Positions 57,207 to 64,000 of a stretch of 64,000 bases of DNA are shown one piece after another (positions within the stretch are counted from its first letter, which is position 1; the number at the start of each line of letters is the position of its first letter). The notes below the pieces were generated by a model. The model did no database searches, was not told the DNA's origin, and worked only from the letters and a program-made list of their open reading frames with translations. This DNA is from Candidatus Heimdallarchaeota archaeon. GTDB lineage: Archaea; Asgardarchaeota; Heimdallarchaeia; Heimdallarchaeales; Heimdallarchaeaceae. Both the position numbers and the translations under genes were made by a program. Location of the stretch: positions 1 through 64,000 of the forward strand of contig JABCTC010000015.1 of assembly GCA_018238545.1 (NCBI GenBank), written 5' to 3'.

Positions 57207-59711
57207 ATGATGAATGATGGTAAATCAATAAGTATAGCACCAAGAGATCAACAAGTTAGTTTAGCATCATATTCAAAGATTATCTCACAACAAAATCAGA
57301 TGGCTAGTATCTTTACAGATAAATTAGTCAAACAACTAAGTTTGTCATCTAAAAGCTCACTAGATGACTTTGTAAAAAACTTGAAAAAACTAGTTGAAGG
57401 CAAGAATTTTGGTAAAAATAAACTAAAAAACATAATTCCAAAAAGGAAAGCTAAAGAAGTTATTGACAAAATATTAATGCTTAGAAAACAAGATGGTGCA
57501 ACAAAAGAACTCTTCATAACTTTTATACTCATGATTTTGGGAGATATTGAAAAGAAAACTAAGAATCGTACAATAAAATACTTAGTAGATTATGTTGACA
57601 GGTCTAACATTGTAGCGGGTTTTGGTAAAACGCATGGAAGAAGGCAGGGGTTTGATATTCTCATTATTAAGATGAACAAAGAGAAAAATATGGTTTCAAG
57701 TATTAGTTTTGGAGAACTAAAATACAGATACAATTTAGAAACAATATTAAGCCGAAGTCAATTACCATTCTCTAAAAGTAGAAAGAAGAAAATAAAAGAG
57801 TTAAAAGAGAATAAGCTAGGTCCATATCTAACCTTTGATAACTCATTAGAATATCTACCAGACACAGGCTTCTCTTTCAATTCCACTTACAACAGAGGGA
57901 ACGATCTAATAATCAAAATGACGAGTTGGGATAAACATATTCATGAAATTATTGCAAGTGATAACACACTCACGTTAAATAATAAAATACTTACAAAAAA
58001 ACTTCCAAATGGAAAACTATTCTATCAAGCACTTAAGGAGGCTATCCTAGAACAAGCATACTTAGAAGCATTGTGTGAAAATGGATTAATCTTTGATGAA
58101 GAAGGAAAAATCAAGACTGAACACATATTTAGCTTTATAGAAAAAGGTTTCAAAATTAATATAACTTCAGAAGATTTTGAAACACGCAAATTATACCAAA
58201 AAGATGAAACCGGGAGATATGTCACATTTAATCTTGTTAATAGAATTAATGACGAGTTTCCAAGTATTCTAAAAGAACATAAAGATAGATATAAGGTATA
58301 CATATCTGAAGGATCTGTAAATGCATTTAGTATTTGCAAAGAAAGTCACAAAATTGTTACATCAGAAGATTATTACAAACAAAACAAACAGAAGTTAATT
58401 GCAGAGATTAAAACTCGCTTCATTAATGATTTTAGGGATTTTAAGCTTCTTTCACAATGGAAAAATATAATTGAAGTTGAAGCTGAGATTAGAAGTGATC
58501 TCTTATTTGTTACAAGTTCTCCAAAAGAAACACCAAATAGAAATGGATGGAGCATCTGGGAAAATATGAAAAGAGGAAAAGAAGAAAATTTACTTTTTGG
58601 ACCAGATAGAGTTTATCAATATGCTCTGAAACCACCAATAAGCAATAAATTAGCTTTGAAGAGCAAATGGTTTTTAGAATTAAATGAAGTATTTGAAGGT
58701 AAAAAAACAGATGTAAGAAAACAGGGGAAAAAACACAAATTATCAAGACTAAATAAGAAAAAAGAGGGGGATGTTTGTAGAAGTTATAGGGAATTGCGTA
58801 AAAGATGGCACAAATCAGGTTATCCAAATATATGTAATTATGGTAAAATAAATCCCGAAAGCCTCTTTGGATCAGGTATTAGCAACAAAGTAAGCATTGC
58901 TACTGAATGGTCGAAGCTTAAAATAGGGAAGGAGTATAGAGAAGAAAATCGGATTGTAAAAATTAAATCAATATTTGTAGAACCTGACAGTTTCCATGAC
59001 AGTTATTTAGATTTCCAGGTTGTATTGATCCAAAAAAATGGTTCAAATCAAAAATTGATTTTAGAAGAACTAGAATCGAAGCCTCTAATTATCCATGATA
59101 TTACAATACCAAAACAACACACTAGTTTATTTCCTTATCCAACAGAGAAAGTGAGAAATAGTAAACTAAATACTTATTTTAGAAGAGGTTTTGTGGATAG
59201 AAACGTCTTAGAAAAAACCTATCAAGTTCTGAATAGAAGTGAATTTGTTTGCGACAGTGATAGATTAGTCTTAGATGACCTTTACGGGATATGGGATTCT
59301 AATCTATCAAAAAAGGGAAAAGTAGAAGTATTATTCAATTCAATTGAAGCTACAATTCTTCTGATAGAAACATTAAAAATAATGGAAAACCTAACTAAAC
59401 ATTCTTTTAAACGTTTGAAATCAAATAAAAAACTTCTAAAACATTTCAGAATTTCTTCAAGATTTCCGTTTTATATTACTTCATGGAAATCTTTCAAAAA
59501 ACATTATGGGTTTGGTTTAATATCAAAAAGCACGTCTAACCACAAGAAACTTGTTGTTTATGAACTTCTAGGTGATGATTTACTTAATTTCCTTGTATTG
59601 ATAAGAACAAGGTTAGATATGATGTTAAAATATTACAAGGAGTATAGATGGACAAAATCAGTTAAGAAAATAACAAGGGAACTTAAACAGTTTTTAAGAA
59701 AACACGATTGA
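57207..59711 (+). CDS. Large basic hypothetical protein with putative N-terminal PD-(D/E)xK nuclease motif
   Basis: 834-aa Lys-rich ORF; GATKE ... QGFDILII ... FGELKY. Confidence 0.6.
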   Translation: MMNDGKSISIAPRDQQVSLASYSKIISQQNQMASIFTDKLVKQLSLSSKSSLDDFVKNLKKLVEGKNFGKNKLKNIIPKRKAKEVIDKILMLRKQDGATKELFITFILMILGDIEKKTKNRTIKYLVDYVDRSNIVAGFGKTHGRRQGFDILIIKMNKEKNMVSSISFGELKYRYNLETILSRSQLPFSKSRKKKIKELKENKLGPYLTFDNSLEYLPDTGFSFNSTYNRGNDLIIKMTSWDKHIHEIIASDNTLTLNNKILTKKLPNGKLFYQALKEAILEQAYLEALCENGLIFDEEGKIKTEHIFSFIEKGFKINITSEDFETRKLYQKDETGRYVTFNLVNRINDEFPSILKEHKDRYKVYISEGSVNAFSICKESHKIVTSEDYYKQNKQKLIAEIKTRFINDFRDFKLLSQWKNIIEVEAEIRSDLLFVTSSPKETPNRNGWSIWENMKRGKEENLLFGPDRVYQYALKPPISNKLALKSKWFLELNEVFEGKKTDVRKQGKKHKLSRLNKKKEGDVCRSYRELRKRWHKSGYPNICNYGKINPESLFGSGISNKVSIATEWSKLKIGKEYREENRIVKIKSIFVEPDSFHDSYLDFQVVLIQKNGSNQKLILEELESKPLIIHDITIPKQHTSLFPYPTEKVRNSKLNTYFRRGFVDRNVLEKTYQVLNRSEFVCDSDRLVLDDLYGIWDSNLSKKGKVEVLFNSIEATILLIETLKIMENLTKHSFKRLKSNKKLLKHFRISSRFPFYITSWKSFKKHYGFGLISKSTSNHKKLVVYELLGDDLLNFLVLIRTRLDMMLKYYKEYRWTKSVKKITRELKQFLRKHD

Positions 59712-59849
59712 TAAATATAACAGAAATTATTTCCTGCTTAGTCCTCAATTTTCGTTTTTTATTTAATTGATTTTTCCTGCGTTCTTGATTACGTTGTTAA
59801 TGTATAGGAAAAGATTTTTGATTTAGAGATATTAAAATACTTTACCCAT

Positions 59850-60788
59850 ATGATTTCCGTAGTTATCCCTGTTTACAATGAAGAAGGAAATGTCATTCCG
59901 CTACATACTGAATTAAAAGAAGTTCTCTCTTCTCTTTCACAAAAGTATGAAATAATCTTCATTGACGATGGATCAACTGACAACACACTAGCAAATCTCT
60001 GTTCATTGTTGGAAGAAGGAGAGAGGAATTTGAAAATTATACAGTTACGGAAACGATTTGAAAAAAGTGCAGCACTTGTCGCAGGTTTCAGATTAACAGT
60101 GGGAGACATTATCATAACACTTGACGGAGACGGACAAGATGACCCACATAACATACCACAGCTCCTTGAGAAGCTAACAGAAGACATAGATGTTGTATGT
60201 GGGTGGAGGTATAATAGAAAAGATTCTTTTCTTTTCAAAAAACTACCTTCCTGGATTTATAACAAACTTAACCGTGCATTCAATAAAGTCAATCTGCATG
60301 ACAACGATTGCATGCTTCGTGTTTATCGAAAAGAAGCTATATCAGAAATTGTTCTCCTTGGAGGAGATCACAGATATATTCCAGCTATCCTTCTTAATAG
60401 AGGTTTCAAGTTTGCTGAAGTAAAAGTTAATCATCGTAAAAGGTATAGCGGGAAATCAAAATATGGTGTTAAGAGAATATTCACAGGATTCTCAGATCTT
60501 ATTACTTTTCGGTTTCTTTTCAGATATGGGCATCGTCCCATGCACTTATTCTCAAGCATGGGTATTTTATCAATACTTCTCGCCCTTGCTTCTGGAATAT
60601 ATTTGTTAGTCGTAAAATATGCTTATGGTGAGGATATAGGCACAAGACCACTGCTTCTTCTAACAATTCTCCTTGGTGTTGCAGGTTTTCAGTTTCTCTT
60701 TACGGGTTTTCTCGCTGAACTCATTGTAAGACAAAAAACAACCGCTTCTTCACTTTATAGCATAAAAAAAGTGCATGAAAATAAGTGA
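59850..60788 (+). CDS. GT2 polyprenol-phosphate glycosyltransferase (DPM1/ArnC-like)
   Basis: SVVIPVYNEE, IDDGSTD, LDGDGQDDP, R..GKSKY, two C-terminal TMs. Confidence 0.92.
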   Translation: MISVVIPVYNEEGNVIPLHTELKEVLSSLSQKYEIIFIDDGSTDNTLANLCSLLEEGERNLKIIQLRKRFEKSAALVAGFRLTVGDIIITLDGDGQDDPHNIPQLLEKLTEDIDVVCGWRYNRKDSFLFKKLPSWIYNKLNRAFNKVNLHDNDCMLRVYRKEAISEIVLLGGDHRYIPAILLNRGFKFAEVKVNHRKRYSGKSKYGVKRIFTGFSDLITFRFLFRYGHRPMHLFSSMGILSILLALASGIYLLVVKYAYGEDIGTRPLLLLTILLGVAGFQFLFTGFLAELIVRQKTTASSLYSIKKVHENK

Positions 60789-60808
60789 AAGAAGATTGAA
60801 CAAAAGAG

Positions 60809-61858
60809 CTATAATTCATAGTTTTGTTTCTTTTTCCTTCTTATAATAAGCACAAATATTCCCCCGACCAGTGCGGGTATCAGCATATTGAATACAGTTT
60901 GGATGATTGAAGCGCTAAAAGCATATTCCGATTGTATCAACAAACTATAGTAGACTAAGAAAGTAATAGTAAAATCTCTGATTCCAATGCCACTCAAGCT
61001 AATTGGTAGCAAAGAAACAATAGCTGCTATAGCCATAATACCAATTATTGCTAGAGTGTTCTGAAAACTCATTACTGTTGAACTCAAAGAAAAGATAAGC
61101 AAACTCACTTGAGTGCCTAACAGAATCCAGAAACTGAAAGAAAGAAATGAAAGGATGGAATAGCTTCGCAAATTAAAGGAACTAAGATGGGAGTAATAAC
61201 CCTCAATGTACTTTATTGCTTTTGGTTCATTCTCTTCTCCTTCAATGTTTTTCTTTCTCCTTAATCTCACAAGCAGAAAAACAATTTTCTTGATTATTTG
61301 TTTATTAAACGTAAAAAAGACGATAATAGCAACAATAGCCAACCCTCCTGCAATTCCCCATTTGATAATGTTCCCTAATCCAGCAAAATAGAAAGGTAAA
61401 GCAATGATACTGAAAACACCTATACTTATCAAGTCCATTACACGATCAAGGATTACACTGAAAACGCTAGATGATTCTTTTGTATCTGTCCATTTTGAAA
61501 GATAAAGGGCTCTAAGAACATCACCAATTTTTGCTGGAGTCACTGAAGCACCAAAAGAACCTATGAAAATAAGCTGAAGAGTCTTCCAAAAACTGATGTT
61601 AATGTCAAGTTTCCTGAGAATATACTTCCAGCGAATAACCTTGATGAGGATCATTAGGATAGAGATAAAAAATGCTACAAGTAATATCCAAGGATCGATT
61701 TGTATAATCGTTTCTACAAATGTTTTAGGGTTTACATAATATATGAGATAAGCTAGAAGGCATAGGGTAACCAATATTGCGGCGACATTCCTTATAACCC
61801 GAAAAGATTTGCTTGCTATTATCTGGCTAATTAAACCATTTTTTCCTCTTTCATCCAA
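60809..61858 (-). CDS. UPF0104 / lysylphosphatidylglycerol-synthase TM (flippase-like) protein
   Basis: KVIRW, TPAKIGDVLRA, DRVMD, LPISLSGIGIRD. Confidence 0.88.
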   Translation of the reverse strand: MDERGKNGLISQIIASKSFRVIRNVAAILVTLCLLAYLIYYVNPKTFVETIIQIDPWILLVAFFISILMILIKVIRWKYILRKLDINISFWKTLQLIFIGSFGASVTPAKIGDVLRALYLSKWTDTKESSSVFSVILDRVMDLISIGVFSIIALPFYFAGLGNIIKWGIAGGLAIVAIIVFFTFNKQIIKKIVFLLVRLRRKKNIEGEENEPKAIKYIEGYYSHLSSFNLRSYSILSFLSFSFWILLGTQVSLLIFSLSSTVMSFQNTLAIIGIMAIAAIVSLLPISLSGIGIRDFTITFLVYYSLLIQSEYAFSASIIQTVFNMLIPALVGGIFVLIIRRKKKQNYEL

Positions 61859-62820
61859 CTGTAAGCATCCTCAAACATTTCTTTGAGTCCAAACTTGGGC
61901 TTAAAACCTACAATTTTCTCTAGTTTTGAGATATCGTATGTTCTGGTTGTTGAAAATTGATGGACTCTTCTTCTTGTAATTTTGGGTTTGGATTTGGTTA
62001 TCTTAGCTACAAACTCACTTAGTATTGCTAAAACATATGCTGTACCAAAACCTATTTTGAGAAAGCTGGGTTCTTTGTTACAAACCTTTCCAAGCATTTC
62101 GAAAATCTCTTTCACTGAAGAAGAAGAACCTGCAATGTTAAATGCCTCTCCGTTTGCTTTCTCCTCTTTACTACAAGCAATAAGAGCTTGAGCTACATCG
62201 CGGTGATGGACGAAAGAGAGAAGAGCTTTCCCACCCTTGATTAAAGGTATTTTCTTATCATTTAGAAGGAAATAGAAAAGCTTGGGAGTCATTTGCCTAT
62301 CTCTTGGACCAACAATATAGGGAGGACGAACAGCACTAGCAAAGAAATCGTGCTCTTTTGCTTGTTTGAAAACCTCTTGTTCAGCATACCATTTGCTAAG
62401 ATGATAGGGGTTAGAACCTTTTTTAGGATAATCTTCCTTGATAGGTTCTTTATAGGTTTGATAACCAAAAATACCAACAGTACTGACATGTAAAAACTTC
62501 TTACCGCCATTTTTCACAAATGCCTCAAGTAGATTTTTTGTGCCTAGTTGGTTCACAGTATAATATAGATCATCGGGTACATTTTCTCTTGCCTCACCTG
62601 CAGCATGGTAAACAATATCCACACCCTCAAGAGCTGTCTCAAGCGAGAGTTTGTCTGTCAAATCTCCTTTAACAAAAGAAAAACCCATCTTCTTAAGATG
62701 TTCAGGTGGTTCATCAGAACGAATGAGGATTTTGATATTTGCTTTCTTGTTTTCCAAAGCTACTTCTTCAGCAATAAAATACCCAACGGCACTAGTTGCA
62801 CCAGTAACTAATATAGTCAT
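61831..62820 (-). CDS. NAD-dependent epimerase/dehydratase (extended SDR)
   Basis: ILVTGATSAVG, GDLTD, VYHAA, VST, YHLSK (YxxxK), RP..IVGP. Confidence 0.9.
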   Translation of the reverse strand: MTILVTGATSAVGYFIAEEVALENKKANIKILIRSDEPPEHLKKMGFSFVKGDLTDKLSLETALEGVDIVYHAAGEARENVPDDLYYTVNQLGTKNLLEAFVKNGGKKFLHVSTVGIFGYQTYKEPIKEDYPKKGSNPYHLSKWYAEQEVFKQAKEHDFFASAVRPPYIVGPRDRQMTPKLFYFLLNDKKIPLIKGGKALLSFVHHRDVAQALIACSKEEKANGEAFNIAGSSSSVKEIFEMLGKVCNKEPSFLKIGFGTAYVLAILSEFVAKITKSKPKITRRRVHQFSTTRTYDISKLEKIVGFKPKFGLKEMFEDAYSWMKEEKMV

Positions 62821-62945
62821 TATTGTCGTTTGCAGATAAGTAAGGTAGTATATATTTTTTTAGACGTACAATTTTGCATGAAGTCAAAAAAAATTAACTT
62901 CTGAGGAAGCGAAACGCTTTTTTAAGCAAGTTTTGATGTTGACTT

Positions 62946-64000
62946 ATGATTAAGGTTTACAATACACTCTCGAGACAATTGGAAGAATTTGAGACAATTG
63001 AACCGGGTGTTGTACGCTGGTACAACTGTGGTCCTACAGTAAATGGGTTGATGCACCTAGGTCACGCAAGATCAGCGGTAGCTTTCGATATAATCCGCCG
63101 TTACCTTGAATACCGAGGATACAAGGTCCGCTATATCATGAACTTCACAGATATTGAAGATAGAATGATAGAAGTAGCAACAAATGAGAAAAGGTCTGTG
63201 TTAGAGGTTGCGGAAGAGTATTTACGAGGATTCCGAAGAGATATGAGTGCGTTGAATCTAAAAGAGGCTACAATAAATCCAAGAGCTATGTTGCACATCA
63301 ATCAAGTGATAGAATTTATCCAAAAATTAGAAAAGAAAAATTATGCTTACGAAAGCAATGGTGATGTATACTTTGATGTGAAAAAATTCGAAGAGTATGG
63401 AAAACTATCAAACCAGAAACTGGATAATATTCTGCAAGAAGGAACAGAAGATGCGAAAAACCCCAACAAGAGGTTTGCAGCAGATTTTGCCTTATGGAAA
63501 AAGAAGAAGCCAGGGGAACCATATTGGCCATCACCATGGGGAGAAGGAAGGCCAGGTTGGCACAGTGAATGTGTACTTATGTCTAGTTTATACCTTGGGG
63601 AAGTAATTGATATCCACAGCGGTGGTCAAGATCTTATTTTTCCTCATCATGAAAATGAAATCGCTCAAGCTGAAGCTCTTAACAACAAACCATTTGTCAA
63701 TTATTGGCTCCATAATGGTTATATCAACATCGATAAAGAAAAGATGAGCAAATCGCTTGGTAATTTTACTAATATTATTGATTTACTAAAACAATATTCT
63801 GCAGATGCTGTTAGAATATTCATTGCACAAACCCATTATCGTAGTCCTATTGATTTTACAGAGGATATTATTGATCAAGCACAAGCTACTGCAAACAGAC
63901 TGTTTGAGATATTTCTTTTAGTAAAATGGTTTTCAAAGAAAGAAGATACTGATAGTTCATTAGTAGAAATTGATAATGAAATGCTAAAAACTGTTGAACA
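62946..64000 (+). CDS. cysS: Cysteinyl-tRNA synthetase, 3' end outside window
   Basis: Manual translation MIKVYNTLSR...YNCGPTV...HLGHAR...DFALWK...SPWGEGRPGWHSEC...DLIFPHHENE...KMSKSLGN. Confidence 0.96.
   Translation, partial: MIKVYNTLSRQLEEFETIEPGVVRWYNCGPTVNGLMHLGHARSAVAFDIIRRYLEYRGYKVRYIMNFTDIEDRMIEVATNEKRSVLEVAEEYLRGFRRDMSALNLKEATINPRAMLHINQVIEFIQKLEKKNYAYESNGDVYFDVKKFEEYGKLSNQKLDNILQEGTEDAKNPNKRFAADFALWKKKKPGEPYWPSPWGEGRPGWHSECVLMSSLYLGEVIDIHSGGQDLIFPHHENEIAQAEALNNKPFVNYWLHNGYINIDKEKMSKSLGNFTNIIDLLKQYSADAVRIFIAQTHYRSPIDFTEDIIDQAQATANRLFEIFLLVKWFSKKEDTDSSLVEIDNEMLKTVE

Noticed and set aside
57134-59850. Provirus or integrative element at tRNA-Ala
   Set aside because: No integrase, no duplicated tRNA 3' end and no structural genes
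61831-62820. 3-beta-hydroxysteroid dehydrogenase implying sterol synthesis
   Set aside because: Generic extended SDR in a GT2/flippase glycosylation context; no sterol pathway genes in the window
251-63606. Numerous 60-150 aa ORFs antisense to or nested in larger genes (e.g. 251-433, 5834-6193, 17234-17677, 28523-28915, 46803-47183, 63397-63606)
   Set aside because: Shadow ORFs overlapping well-supported CDS, with no recognisable motifs

Overview
AT-rich, gene-dense archaeal chromosome segment. It is most consistent with an Asgard archaeon (Heimdallarchaeia-like), inferred from a BHB-intron tRNA, a TPR-longin fusion, an Arf-like protein and many C-terminally anchored surface proteins. It holds about 55 CDS (two cut by the window edges), 4 tRNAs (Val, Asn, Thr and a double-intron Ala), two solo TnpB elements, one aldo/keto reductase pseudogene, an Mbx/complex-I-like BCDI module with no membrane arm, and an Opp/Dpp ABC operon whose permease is fused to an LVIVD beta-propeller. 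Best candidates for new biology: (1) a tightly coupled 5-gene operon (29686-35616) of Arf-like pseudo-GTPase, AAA+ ATPase, VWA protein, catalytically dead zincin-like protein and HEAT-repeat protein; (2) an N-myristoyltransferase-like double-GNAT (4356-5444) near a SIRT6/7-like sirtuin, a possible archaeal protein-acylation writer/eraser locus; (3) a candidate ORB-containing replication origin with no adjacent orc1/cdc6 (about 56580-56860), beside the two-intron tRNA-Ala and an 834-aa PD-(D/E)xK orphan. All family calls come from motif recognition by eye and reference sequences recalled from memory; no searches were run.
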